DNA of 64,000 nt, taken from the IMG/VR virus record IMGVR_UViG_3300028175_000001; one strand, given 5' to 3'. The DNA comes from a virus. Its lineage: Duplodnaviria; Caudoviricetes. Position 1 is the first letter of the stretch. Each line of letters begins with the position of its first letter. Below the pieces are notes generated by a model. It worked only from the letters and a program-made list of their open reading frames with translations. It had not been told where the DNA came from and did not search any database. Shown in pieces: positions 27,888 through 38,126 of this stretch. The translations under genes were made by a program, and so were the position numbers.

Positions 27888-29236
27888 TTAACTCTTACTA
27901 ATTCATTATTTTCAATTTGATAATTGTCATAATAATCATTAAAATTCTGACCCCAAATTTCATCTGATTTTTTTCGATATATCAAAAATCTATTAAAATT
28001 ATTATAAGAAAGTTTTGTGTTTTTCACATAATGCACAATATAGTCGAGCCATATTTTTGCTTGTCTCTCATATAATATATTACCCGTCATGTCTTTTTTT
28101 TCTATAAGTTCATAAGTTTTTTTAATATCGTGTTCTGTTTCTTCTGCAAAATCATACATGATCAAAGACGGATTTATATACTTCGGAGTTTGCACAATAG
28201 ACGCATTAAATTGTATTTCAGAATTTGGTTTATCAGTGGGAGGATATAAATCAAGTATTGAATCAAAAATATCATACAGATCTAGCATTTGATATATTGA
28301 AGTGGTTATTGATGCGCTTAAATAAGTATGTTTATTTTCTTTTTTAAAATTATATATATTTTGTTTCAGTTTTTCCCAATCACCACCATTTCTAAAATAA
28401 GGATACATTTTTCTTCCAGCATCAATAGATATGATTATAGACGAAGATTTAAAAGGAGCTAAAAGTTCTGATAATTTTAAAACGTCTAAATTAGGAGAAT
28501 TAAAATTTGAATGAAAACTAATATTCATATTTTTAGCATTAGGATGTTCGGCTAATCCTTTAAGCGTAGGAAAAAACTGTTTTTGATATAACAATTCTCC
28601 TCCAGAAAAATCAATATACTCCAAATAGGGAAAATTTTCATTCAAATCATCAATGATTTTCAAAGCATCTTCTGTCGAAAGGCTCATTTCATTTTTATCA
28701 TTCGGACCATGTCGATGTTCTGTTCCCAATAATTGTCTTAAATCATATTGATGCACTTCTTTATCAGGTTTATAATTTAATAGTTTAGTAATCCACCCAG
28801 AAGAATAAACCTTAGAACAATGCAAACATGCAAAATTACATGCTGTGCTAAATCTTAATTCTAAATGCCTTAATCCCTTAAAATCAGTTTTATGATTATT
28901 TTTATCATAACATTTTAATAATGGAGTGTTACAACTTTCGCGGTTCAGCTCAGTTGTACCCCCGTGGCTTTTATGGAACCAACCATCTATCGGCAAATAA
29001 TCTTTTCTCATAGAAATTAAATTATCTCGTTCCATATCTTCACATGTATCACAGCCTGACGGCCACTTGTCTTGATATAGAAGTTCTCTGAGATTTCTAA
29101 AATTTTGATGATTAAATATTTCAGAAGGCAAAACAGTTTCATGTGTATAGACCAATTGATCTGATTGTCTAGGACATGTTGTAATCACGCCATTCTTATA
29201 ATTTATTCCACCCAAAGCATAATAGCATTTTAACAT
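27884..29236 (-). CDS. Radical SAM enzyme with N-terminal Twitch-like domain (subtype B)
   Basis: N-terminal C..A....TC...GCDTC; CNFACLHC; SGGE. Confidence 0.9.
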   Translation of the reverse strand: MLKCYYALGGINYKNGVITTCPRQSDQLVYTHETVLPSEIFNHQNFRNLRELLYQDKWPSGCDTCEDMERDNLISMRKDYLPIDGWFHKSHGGTTELNRESCNTPLLKCYDKNNHKTDFKGLRHLELRFSTACNFACLHCSKVYSSGWITKLLNYKPDKEVHQYDLRQLLGTEHRHGPNDKNEMSLSTEDALKIIDDLNENFPYLEYIDFSGGELLYQKQFFPTLKGLAEHPNAKNMNISFHSNFNSPNLDVLKLSELLAPFKSSSIIISIDAGRKMYPYFRNGGDWEKLKQNIYNFKKENKHTYLSASITTSIYQMLDLYDIFDSILDLYPPTDKPNSEIQFNASIVQTPKYINPSLIMYDFAEETEHDIKKTYELIEKKDMTGNILYERQAKIWLDYIVHYVKNTKLSYNNFNRFLIYRKKSDEIWGQNFNDYYDNYQIENNELVRVK

Positions 29237-30174
29237 TAAAATTCTTCATCTATAAATACATCTTGATTAGATTGCTTGCACGTAGTCCAACATTTTTCCA
29301 TCGGATTTTTGTTCCAAGAGTTTATTACATAATCATATAATTCTCCCGTCATTACTTCATCAGGAGTATTATATTTTAAATTAATTTCAAGAGGCCCTCC
29401 CAATTCTTGATACTTTTTCATAAATCTAGTTTCTATTTCGTTACCACCATAGACCTGTAAATATTCAGAATTAAAAAAACAACATGGCAATAATGCTCCA
29501 GTATGACTTAAAAAAATTCTTTTTTGATTTCCATATTTACACACTATTTTATGTTCCATCTTTCTAGTTTTAGTCTTTGATTCTTTATTATCATTTCTAT
29601 GGGAATATATCAATCTGAAATTTTCAAATCCTTCTTCTTTTGCTATTCGTTTTGCATCATCTATCAAATGCTCATTATGTTCAAATGCTATAAATTGCCA
29701 AGTCGCATGTCCTCCTGCTTTTATAAATTCTTTCCAATTTTCTTGGATTTTTTTATAATTAGAACCTATTCTATATTTTTCTAATGATTTTTGATCAACC
29801 CCGTCGATACCAAAAAATATAGATATTCTTCTTTCTCCTAAATTTTTCCAAAATTTCTTAGTTTTGGTTGAACCATTAGTTGATATGTTTATATTTACAT
29901 CATCTAAATAATCTAAAATTTCTAATAATTCAGGATGCAATGTTGGTTCATCTATTGATCCACAAAAATTTATCAACTTGCAATTAGGAAAAGTTTTCTT
30001 TGTAATCCATTTTTTAATTTGTTTGAGTGATATTACATCTTTATTTAAAACACTGTTTACTTTGTTTCTTTTAATTTGACGAAAACATCCAGGACAATCA
30101 ATATTACAATATGATGTCAATTCTATATCAATCCACTCAATCGTGTCTCTAGACCACATAAACTCTCTTTCCAA
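29236..30174 (-). CDS. Radical SAM / SPASM enzyme (subtype A)
   Basis: CNIDCPGC; FCGSIDEP; TNGS; WQFIAFEHN; LPCC. Confidence 0.9.
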   Translation of the reverse strand: MEREFMWSRDTIEWIDIELTSYCNIDCPGCFRQIKRNKVNSVLNKDVISLKQIKKWITKKTFPNCKLINFCGSIDEPTLHPELLEILDYLDDVNINISTNGSTKTKKFWKNLGERRISIFFGIDGVDQKSLEKYRIGSNYKKIQENWKEFIKAGGHATWQFIAFEHNEHLIDDAKRIAKEEGFENFRLIYSHRNDNKESKTKTRKMEHKIVCKYGNQKRIFLSHTGALLPCCFFNSEYLQVYGGNEIETRFMKKYQELGGPLEINLKYNTPDEVMTGELYDYVINSWNKNPMEKCWTTCKQSNQDVFIDEEF

Positions 30175-31397
30175 TTAGTATTTCTTGCTTTATCTAGATC
30201 ATTAAGATAATTTATCAATATATCGCCATTATCTGACCAACCATCTTTTTCAAACATATAATTTATATAAAAAGGCAAAACTTCTTTTGCTTTTTCGGTA
30301 AACATATATGAATCAATATTTTTTTTGATTTCATTTTTTAGTTCAATGGGCAAATTTTGTGCCGACAGGTGATACGGTTCTGTGACATGGTTTTCAAATA
30401 AAAATCTTATGTTTGGAAAATTTTCACGCAAAAAATCATATGTATCAATAAGATAAAACATACTCACATTACTACACGTCCATTGAAATGATACATCAAA
30501 ATTCGAAGGAAATTCTTTTAGATTATTACACCATTCATCCCACTTCAAACCATATCTAAAATACTCTCCAGCCCGTTCAACACAATCAACCGAAAGCCTA
30601 AGTCTCACTTTTTTAAAATTCTCCATATTTTCAAATTTTAAAGAACCATTACTCACATATGATATTTCCACATTCTTAGCATATGAACTTCCATTCAACC
30701 GCTTAATAAATTCATTATGTCGTTTATTCCAAAAACTTTCGCCGCCTAGAAAATTATATCTTTTTATTTGACTTATATCTAAATTATCCCAAAACGCACT
30801 ATCTTGCGATATCCAAGCATTAGTATCATACCCAGTTCTATGAATATAATTATATTTTTCTATTAGTGTTCTATCTTCGAGCCATCTCGAACTAACGGCA
30901 GGATTACAATGAATGCATTTAAAATTACAAATTGTACCTGTACGAACATCTATATGAAAAGGATGAACGTTTACATCACCATCATCCATTGTATGTGAGA
31001 TTAAATGTTCATATTTATCAAACCACATGTGATTTTCATCCATGCGTTTACTCACGCCGTTCAATTCTTCAACGTGCTTACATCTATTACAGTTTTCAGG
31101 CCATTCATTATTTAAAAATGATTTGCGTATTTCTTTAAAATATAAACCATTCCATTGATCTTCTATACTACTGTTATCTAATTTGTTAACCCATTTCAGA
31201 TATTCTTCGCCGAACTCCTTATTCAATGAATTAAAACTCCCCTCAGGAGGATTTTCAGATAGAGTGGGAATCCAATCAATATCTCGTTTACGAAACATTT
31301 GTTTCCATTGTTTTTCGATATCACTATAACCACACACTCTAGGTCTACCTGAAAGATTAGTTCCGAAATTAATCCAGGGTAAAATACAGGGCGTCAT
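30123..31397 (-). CDS. Radical SAM enzyme with N-terminal Twitch domain (subtype B)
   Basis: CILPW...CG...CNRC; CNFKCIHC; LGGE; SNGS. Confidence 0.9.
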   Translation of the reverse strand: MTPCILPWINFGTNLSGRPRVCGYSDIEKQWKQMFRKRDIDWIPTLSENPPEGSFNSLNKEFGEEYLKWVNKLDNSSIEDQWNGLYFKEIRKSFLNNEWPENCNRCKHVEELNGVSKRMDENHMWFDKYEHLISHTMDDGDVNVHPFHIDVRTGTICNFKCIHCNPAVSSRWLEDRTLIEKYNYIHRTGYDTNAWISQDSAFWDNLDISQIKRYNFLGGESFWNKRHNEFIKRLNGSSYAKNVEISYVSNGSLKFENMENFKKVRLRLSVDCVERAGEYFRYGLKWDEWCNNLKEFPSNFDVSFQWTCSNVSMFYLIDTYDFLRENFPNIRFLFENHVTEPYHLSAQNLPIELKNEIKKNIDSYMFTEKAKEVLPFYINYMFEKDGWSDNGDILINYLNDLDKARNTNWKESLCGLETRLSGLI

Positions 31398-32230
31398 AAT
31401 GACCTCAATAACGGTCTAATCCCTACAGGCTTATCATCATCCAATGCCAAATGAATTGTTTTTGTGGGTTTTAAATTAAAATCTTCACAAATTTTAAAAT
31501 AGTTTTTTTCATATTTTCTCCAGAAATATTCTGGACCAAATTCCTCCATAAAACGAATTCCTAGATACATTAAAGGATGTTGATTCATATTAAAATTATT
31601 CATCAGTGTAATAGATCCTTCGGGTTCTTCACGAGCAAATCTTACACCAATTCTATTACCCCCAATACCAGCTTTACTCAAACTGACCGCAAATGTTTTA
31701 ATCGCAGGATGATCGAAATTAAATTCAATATCACGAATACACCCAATCCAAGCAGAATCAACATGCACCGATATGTTTAATTCATGACATTTATCTAAAA
31801 TTTCATACATATTTGGATGCATATCACCATAATAAGGAAACGGCATAGCAATTAACAATTCTTTATTTGAATTTAATGTATCTATTGTAGCATATTTTAT
31901 ATTATTATTCAACCTCCAATGGTATTTGTAATCTTTTTCAAAAGTTTGTATGTCTCCACATCTTTGATATAAATCATCAATAAAATGAGTACATCCTTGT
32001 ATTACATGTTTCACAGGAAAAGCATTAATACCGCTAAACGTACTAAATTTATGATGTTTTAACCAATCAACAAGGGTATCTATAAAATAATCATCTAAAC
32101 TCCCTTGTTGTGTTGGGCTATCTCTAAAAACACCAGCATAAAATTCGTTTATACTTTCATCAAACATTGGTTGCTGACGTTCATATTGCAACCATTCTCT
32201 TTTATATTCTCTATTTGGATTATCTCTCAT
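31394..32230 (-). CDS. Fold-type-I PLP-dependent-like enzyme (aminotransferase/decarboxylase-like)
   Basis: VHVDSAW and SLSK (Schiff-base Lys) and RIG motifs; paralog of 54812. Confidence 0.6.
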   Translation of the reverse strand: MRDNPNREYKREWLQYERQQPMFDESINEFYAGVFRDSPTQQGSLDDYFIDTLVDWLKHHKFSTFSGINAFPVKHVIQGCTHFIDDLYQRCGDIQTFEKDYKYHWRLNNNIKYATIDTLNSNKELLIAMPFPYYGDMHPNMYEILDKCHELNISVHVDSAWIGCIRDIEFNFDHPAIKTFAVSLSKAGIGGNRIGVRFAREEPEGSITLMNNFNMNQHPLMYLGIRFMEEFGPEYFWRKYEKNYFKICEDFNLKPTKTIHLALDDDKPVGIRPLLRSL

Positions 32231-33262
32231 TTAAAAAAATAAATCTATATATTCTTCCATTTTTTCAGGAGGATTGTTAGTTAAAATTTTTTGTTTTATG
32301 ATTTTAAAATTCTTTTCAGAATACGAATTTGAAGATAAAAATTTACTCAATGATCCTTTAAGAAATTCATCAAACTCTCTATTGTGTTTTAAAATAAAAG
32401 ATTTAATATGATTAGGTAAATATGAAATATTTAACCAAGCAGGCTCATTTAAAAAATCCCATGACCAATTACGCATTTCTACTTTTGACCAATTGTATGT
32501 TTCTTGATAAAAAGGAGCATTCAAGGTATGCATAACAAAATGAGGTATTATAAAAACTTTAGGCCTTTTATCTAAATGCCAATTATACCACTTATTCCAA
32601 TTTTTTTCAAACTTGCTCCATTTGGTACCATATCTAACAAATTCTGCTATTTCTCCTATTCCATCAATGCTTATGTTGAGGTCTACGTGTTTAAAATCTA
32701 AAAGAAGATTTAAAAGTTCAGTATTGGGGAAAATAGAATTATTTGTAACCAACATCAAATTTATATTTTTTCTTGGGACATTTTTTAATAATTCAAAATT
32801 TCTTTTTTCTAAAAAGGGCTCGCCCCCAAGTAATTTTAAATGAATCAAATCATTAAAATTAGTAAACTCTGGTAAATTATTTTTTAAAATTGGACCAAAT
32901 TGATTCGAAAATCTAGGACCACAATCAATACATTTAAAATTACACTTATTGGATAATGAAACTTCTAACGTTTTAAATACTGGATTTTTGATATATTTTT
33001 TATCAAATTGAGCATTAAATTGATCTCTATATGATCTCCAAGATTTTCCTCCATGAGCTTCGTCTATATCACACTTTTCACACTCGGGCAGTTTTTCTCC
33101 ACTTAACATCCTTTTTCGTATTTTTTGATTTTCTTCACTGTCAAAGGCGTCTTTAATATCATTATATTTTTTGTCAAATGGCTTATCAAACATACAACAT
33201 GTTCTATATTGACCATCGGGATTATGAACCATATGCACGAATGGGGCCATGCAAAATGTCAT
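32231..33262 (-). CDS. Radical SAM enzyme with N-terminal Twitch domain (subtype B)
   Basis: FCMAPF...TCC...CEKC; CNFKCIDC; LGGEP. Confidence 0.9.
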   Translation of the reverse strand: MTFCMAPFVHMVHNPDGQYRTCCMFDKPFDKKYNDIKDAFDSEENQKIRKRMLSGEKLPECEKCDIDEAHGGKSWRSYRDQFNAQFDKKYIKNPVFKTLEVSLSNKCNFKCIDCGPRFSNQFGPILKNNLPEFTNFNDLIHLKLLGGEPFLEKRNFELLKNVPRKNINLMLVTNNSIFPNTELLNLLLDFKHVDLNISIDGIGEIAEFVRYGTKWSKFEKNWNKWYNWHLDKRPKVFIIPHFVMHTLNAPFYQETYNWSKVEMRNWSWDFLNEPAWLNISYLPNHIKSFILKHNREFDEFLKGSLSKFLSSNSYSEKNFKIIKQKILTNNPPEKMEEYIDLFF

Positions 33263-34224
33263 TTTATAACCTTTCTTTTAGCAAAATCCCCACATGACAA
33301 ATAACATCTAGCCAAATGTAAAGGATGACTTTTATTCCAGGAATCAATTAAAATTTTATCATACCATTCTGATTGGATTATATCATAAAATTTCGATGTC
33401 CTTAAGTCATTTTTCAATCCAATAGTAGTTAATATATCAGTTTTTCCTGAAACCTGCTCATCATGTAAATGACAACACGGCCACACTCTTCCTTCTGAAG
33501 TTATGAACAATTCATTTTCTATTTGATGTCTACATACAATATTCGCCGCATCATATACTCCCTGCCTTGCTCGGTTTTCTACTGTCTCATATACGTCACT
33601 ATCAATCTTTAATGATTCGCTCGATTTAAATTTTGCGGAATTGGCAGTATTTCTCCAACTAACTCTTATTTTTAATTCTACACCTAACTCTTCTGCTTTC
33701 TTTTTTGCTAATGGAATTTCATCTGCATTATAATCAAAATGAATATACTGCCATATTGCTTTACCACCAGCATCATAATACGTGTGAAAATTTTCCCAAA
33801 CTTTATCTATTGAAACATTTTCCCTATAATCATTTTTGGTAACACCATCTATTGACCAATGCACAAATAATTTTTTATTACTCAATTTCGATAATGTTGC
33901 TAACTCGGTCCAAAATTTTTTAGATCTAGTTCCCCCATTTGTCGATATTTCAATACTTTTAACTTTTTTTTCTAAAATAAGATATGAACAAATATCAATA
34001 CAATCAGGATTTATGATAGGATCACCTAACACACCGCATAATTTTATTCTTGCATTTTTTAAATTTACACCATCAAACCAATCACATAACTCAGCTATCG
34101 TTATATTACCCTTATGATAATATGCACCTCTATTATCCAGCATCGTTCTTTGACACCCAGAACAAAGAGCATTACATAGAGAACTAATCTCCAATTCTAA
34201 TCTAAACGGTTTCTGTAGGTCCAT
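33259..34224 (-). CDS. Radical SAM / SPASM enzyme (subtype A)
   Basis: CNALCSGC; CGVLGDP; TNGG; VWPCC. Confidence 0.9.
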   Translation of the reverse strand: MDLQKPFRLELEISSLCNALCSGCQRTMLDNRGAYYHKGNITIAELCDWFDGVNLKNARIKLCGVLGDPIINPDCIDICSYLILEKKVKSIEISTNGGTRSKKFWTELATLSKLSNKKLFVHWSIDGVTKNDYRENVSIDKVWENFHTYYDAGGKAIWQYIHFDYNADEIPLAKKKAEELGVELKIRVSWRNTANSAKFKSSESLKIDSDVYETVENRARQGVYDAANIVCRHQIENELFITSEGRVWPCCHLHDEQVSGKTDILTTIGLKNDLRTSKFYDIIQSEWYDKILIDSWNKSHPLHLARCYLSCGDFAKRKVIK

Positions 34225-35362
34225 CTAATTCCATAAAAATTCTTTTAGTTGTTATGTCAGTAATCCAATCACTCGTTTTTTGAGAAACATTTTCATAAGT
34301 TAATTCATCTATTGTGTGTTTATTAAATAAATCATCAATAGATGTTTTAGATTTTGTTACACACATCCCACAGCCACAAAAAGTTTTCGGGCAAGTAATC
34401 ATTGGAACTTTCTTTTGGTATAAACTATCAGCAAGATCATCTATAATTTTATCAAATTGAGAAATTTTACCAAGAGGAGCTACTTCTCCCAGTAAATTAA
34501 CTCCACACGTTTGATGAGTATAAACAACATCAGCCTCCGAATTTAAAAAAAGAAAATACCAATTAACCATGCACTTCCAGCCTAAAAAATTAGTGGACGG
34601 AAGAAAAAAAGAATCTGCATCGTTTGCTTTGAAACTCCTTCCACCACAACAGGGTCTTCCAAGTCCCCGTTGGGTGTTTCCTGTTTCAGTGACGCTTTGG
34701 CCTTTATATTTCCAATAATCACGAAACCATTTCATTTGATTTCTATCGTACTTATGAGTATACCCCAATTCAATAGATTTTTTATCATCAGGATGATCGT
34801 CTCCTATAATTCTTGGTACAAAATCTACACTATTTTTTTCTAATGTTTCACACACATCTACACATTCCCAAAAATAATCTTTATGAAACATCACATTAAC
34901 TTTATACGTCTGTCTTAATTGTATTGCATTTGATACGACTTGTTCTTTTTGCTGTTTTGTTGCTTCACAATGATAAGACAACGACCCCCCGGTAGTCAAT
35001 GATAAAATTTTATCTAGAACAGTATTACTAAACCACCCATTAGTGGTTAATCCTCTACTAAAATCGGGATATTCATTTTTTACATATTTTAAAAATTTAA
35101 AAAAATCAGAATGCACTGTGGGCTCGCCTCCAGTAAAACTCAATTTTTTAAGAGCGGGCTTCTTTCTAAACCGGTCATACAATAATGCATATTCTGCAAC
35201 ATTATCAACAGTTTTGCATAATTTATCATAATCTAAAAGCGGAGACCATTTATTATTTCGATGCGGGGGGCAATATGTACACGCATAAGAACATCTTCTA
35301 CCTAAATCCCAAATAATTTGATACCGATTTGATTTATCCTCTATAGTTTCTATACTATTCAT
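34202..35362 (-). CDS. Radical SAM enzyme (subtype C)
   Basis: WDLGRRCSYACTYC; TGGEPT; TNG; Cys-rich C-terminus CPKTFCGCGMC. Confidence 0.9.
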   Translation of the reverse strand: MNSIETIEDKSNRYQIIWDLGRRCSYACTYCPPHRNNKWSPLLDYDKLCKTVDNVAEYALLYDRFRKKPALKKLSFTGGEPTVHSDFFKFLKYVKNEYPDFSRGLTTNGWFSNTVLDKILSLTTGGSLSYHCEATKQQKEQVVSNAIQLRQTYKVNVMFHKDYFWECVDVCETLEKNSVDFVPRIIGDDHPDDKKSIELGYTHKYDRNQMKWFRDYWKYKGQSVTETGNTQRGLGRPCCGGRSFKANDADSFFLPSTNFLGWKCMVNWYFLFLNSEADVVYTHQTCGVNLLGEVAPLGKISQFDKIIDDLADSLYQKKVPMITCPKTFCGCGMCVTKSKTSIDDLFNKHTIDELTYENVSQKTSDWITDITTKRIFMELDGPTETV

Positions 35363-36788
35363 ACCACTGCAACCATTCTAAATCAGGAAAAATTTTTATA
35401 AAATTTAAGTTTCTTTTGCTGGCAATCGTAAAACACCATTCAGCAGTTTCGGGCAATCTCTCAGACCAATCTTCAGAATTCATAAAAGACACAAGTCCTT
35501 CAAGTCTTTTTATACCATACGGCAATTCTCTCCATTGTTTAAAGTCAATATTTTCATCTTTAACTCCATTACATTTTTTCCAATTTTCTTCAAGCCACGG
35601 ATAAAATTCTTCAAATTTATCAGATATTTCTTGTTTAAACCATTTAGGTAATACTTTACAATTTAATTGGGGGGGCCAATACGCAAGATGTAAATCAATC
35701 ATACCCGCTCCAGCAGGAAATTTATTAAGCAATTTCCAATCTTCGTTCAATTTCCAAATTATAAATTCCGGAAGATAAAAAATATTAAGAGCAGTAATTG
35801 TAGTTGCTGTAGTCAGTCTAAGATTACCATGAGGATAATTGTCTAATACACGCATTTGAGATGTAATATCATTCCAACGAGAAGGATAACGAATAAAATG
35901 ATTTTTATCCTCGTATGAATCAACGCTAAAATGAAAAATTACATTCTTAAACTCTTTCCACAAATCAAACAAACACGATTCCCATTCCAGACCATTCGAA
36001 TTATATCTAAGTTCAATATCTTTTGCATACCCCATATCAACAATTTTTTCAAGCACCATATAATGCTCTTTCATGATTAATGCTTCACCACCCGCCCAAT
36101 ATAACTGTTTAAGTGTTGGAACTTGAGTATAGAATTCTGTCCAAAAAGTTGGATTCGATTTATGCCAAGCATATGATCCCCCAGACCAAGCCAGCTTACC
36201 GGATTCTTTTTCCCATAATTGCGAAGTTTTTAATCTAGGATTTTTTATATTTGGATATATTTCTTTATATTCCTTTACCCATTTAGAAGAATCATGAGGA
36301 CTACACATAACACAGGCAAGTTGACATTTGCTACCAAGCCGAAGATCAATATATCGCACTTTAGGAGGAACAGTTCCTTCTTCTGTGGTTTCACCAATAA
36401 TTTCTTCAAGCCCGATTTCATTAACCCATTTCGCAGTTTCCCATTGTCGTTTCGACCTATGACCAGCATCTTCTTCTTTAAAACATTTTAAGCAAGAGGA
36501 TGGACGTTCTCCTCTAAGCATCATTTTTCGCACGGTCTTCATGTATTCATTGTTCCATGCATCTAACAAGCTCGTTGTTGCTAAATTAGCAGGCTTCCCA
36601 TCATCTCTTTTAAGAACACCCGCTTCCGAAACTGTTTTATTTGTTGAATCTTTATCCTGAACCGAAGAAGCATTTGCAGTACAGCATACACGCATATGAC
36701 CGTTTGGTCTAGTGGAAATATGCATCCAGGGCAATGCACAAAAAGTTTTTGATGGCAAATTTTTAGGATCGTTATCAATCACAAACAT
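35355..36788 (-). CDS. Radical SAM enzyme with N-terminal Twitch domain (subtype B)
   Basis: FCALPWMH...CC...CLKC; CQLACVMC; AGGE; SNG. Confidence 0.92.
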   Translation of the reverse strand: MFVIDNDPKNLPSKTFCALPWMHISTRPNGHMRVCCTANASSVQDKDSTNKTVSEAGVLKRDDGKPANLATTSLLDAWNNEYMKTVRKMMLRGERPSSCLKCFKEEDAGHRSKRQWETAKWVNEIGLEEIIGETTEEGTVPPKVRYIDLRLGSKCQLACVMCSPHDSSKWVKEYKEIYPNIKNPRLKTSQLWEKESGKLAWSGGSYAWHKSNPTFWTEFYTQVPTLKQLYWAGGEALIMKEHYMVLEKIVDMGYAKDIELRYNSNGLEWESCLFDLWKEFKNVIFHFSVDSYEDKNHFIRYPSRWNDITSQMRVLDNYPHGNLRLTTATTITALNIFYLPEFIIWKLNEDWKLLNKFPAGAGMIDLHLAYWPPQLNCKVLPKWFKQEISDKFEEFYPWLEENWKKCNGVKDENIDFKQWRELPYGIKRLEGLVSFMNSEDWSERLPETAEWCFTIASKRNLNFIKIFPDLEWLQWYE

Positions 36789-36802
36789 GTTATAATTAAA
36801 TA

Positions 36803-37420
36803 TTAAATATAGTTAACCGATATATTTTTATTAAAAGAAGGAATCATATCATGAGTAATATGATGTTGACGGCGATTTAATGTTTCATCTTTAATTCCGA
36901 CACCCATAAGCACTATTGGCTCATCATCGGTTTTTAGAATACTTTTGATTTTTTCACCATCAAAACAAGCACAACAGCCCGTTTGATACCCCAATAAAGA
37001 TGCAGTCAAATTAACCATACCAGCGGCAACACCTATAGACTGATGCAAATCTTTATCTAATGTGGCTTGATTTGCTTCTGTATCTTTCCCATGCATTTTA
37101 TTATAAGTTTCTTGATTGGCATCGGTTCTTAAGTCATTTTTTGTAAATGCTAAAAGCAAATTTGCTAATACTTGAGGATTAGTTCTTCCCGAACCCTCGC
37201 CATAATCATTTTCAAAAAAAGTAACATCATGTATATCTTCAATTATTTCTCTATTTTGAATCACATGAACATTATAAAAACATATGTTTTGTTTAGAAGG
37301 ACATTCCGTTGCGGCAATTACTATTGTTTTTAAATCAGCCTCTGGAATAGTTTTCTCAAGATTCCAATTTCTTTGACATCTTTGCGATTTTTTAATCGAA
37401 ACTTCTATTTGGTTATTCAT
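36803..37420 (-). CDS. Nitroreductase-fold flavoprotein
   Basis: SQRCQRNW...CPSKQN...NPQV.A.LL...IGVAAG.V...A..LGY.TGCC.C. Confidence 0.8.
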   Translation of the reverse strand: MNNQIEVSIKKSQRCQRNWNLEKTIPEADLKTIVIAATECPSKQNICFYNVHVIQNREIIEDIHDVTFFENDYGEGSGRTNPQVLANLLLAFTKNDLRTDANQETYNKMHGKDTEANQATLDKDLHQSIGVAAGMVNLTASLLGYQTGCCACFDGEKIKSILKTDDEPIVLMGVGIKDETLNRRQHHITHDMIPSFNKNISVNYI

Positions 37421-38126
37421 ACTTTAAAATCTCCTGAAAAAGTAAATTCGTGGATGCCGGAATTTTTTTTCCGGTAAGATTATTTACACCTTCAACTATT
37501 TTTTTAGTATAATCGGGGTTCCACTCTTTACTATATATGTATTCTTTAAAATTTTCTATATTTATTGTTTTTTTAACTTCGGGGTGCAACGTTGCAATAT
37601 CAAGAAACCCTTGCTGAAATATTATTTCATGGGGATTCAAATCTAACATATTTATATTATTAATGTCAAACACATTAAGTATAGAAATATTAGTTTTCCA
37701 TGACACTTTATGAGATTTCCATTTTTCCAAATTATCATAATAAACTTTCCAATCAAATCCGACCCATGCCACAAATTCAGCAACATCTTTTACGCCATTA
37801 CAGGCAACAGAAATATCCCATTCTGGCTTTAAATAATTTGGATATTTGCAACCATTAGTATGAATTAATACCTTTGTATGGGGTTTTATATTAGAAAGAA
37901 ACTCTTCTGTTCGCTTGTCTTGAAAAGGATCTCCTCCTGACAATTCTAAATATTCCAACGAATCAAAATCTATTTCATAATCCTTCAACATCTCTCTATA
38001 ACCCAAAAACCTATTACTATATTCGGGTCCACAAATACGACATTTTAAATTACAAATATTACTAAGGCGGACTTTTAAAAATCGCTTATCAATTGGCGTA
38101 TTTTTCCAGCTATATTCCTCAATCAT
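37413..38126 (-). CDS. Radical SAM enzyme (minimal core, subtype-B-like without Twitch)
   Basis: CNLKCRIC; SGGDP; TNG. Confidence 0.85.
   Translation of the reverse strand: MIEEYSWKNTPIDKRFLKVRLSNICNLKCRICGPEYSNRFLGYREMLKDYEIDFDSLEYLELSGGDPFQDKRTEEFLSNIKPHTKVLIHTNGCKYPNYLKPEWDISVACNGVKDVAEFVAWVGFDWKVYYDNLEKWKSHKVSWKTNISILNVFDINNINMLDLNPHEIIFQQGFLDIATLHPEVKKTINIENFKEYIYSKEWNPDYTKKIVEGVNNLTGKKIPASTNLLFQEILKYE

Noticed and set aside
38119-38126. Shared C-terminal YE/YD/NE endings across many island proteins as a functional motif
   Set aside because: Largely explained by stop/start overlap (ATGA, TATGA) in translationally coupled genes.
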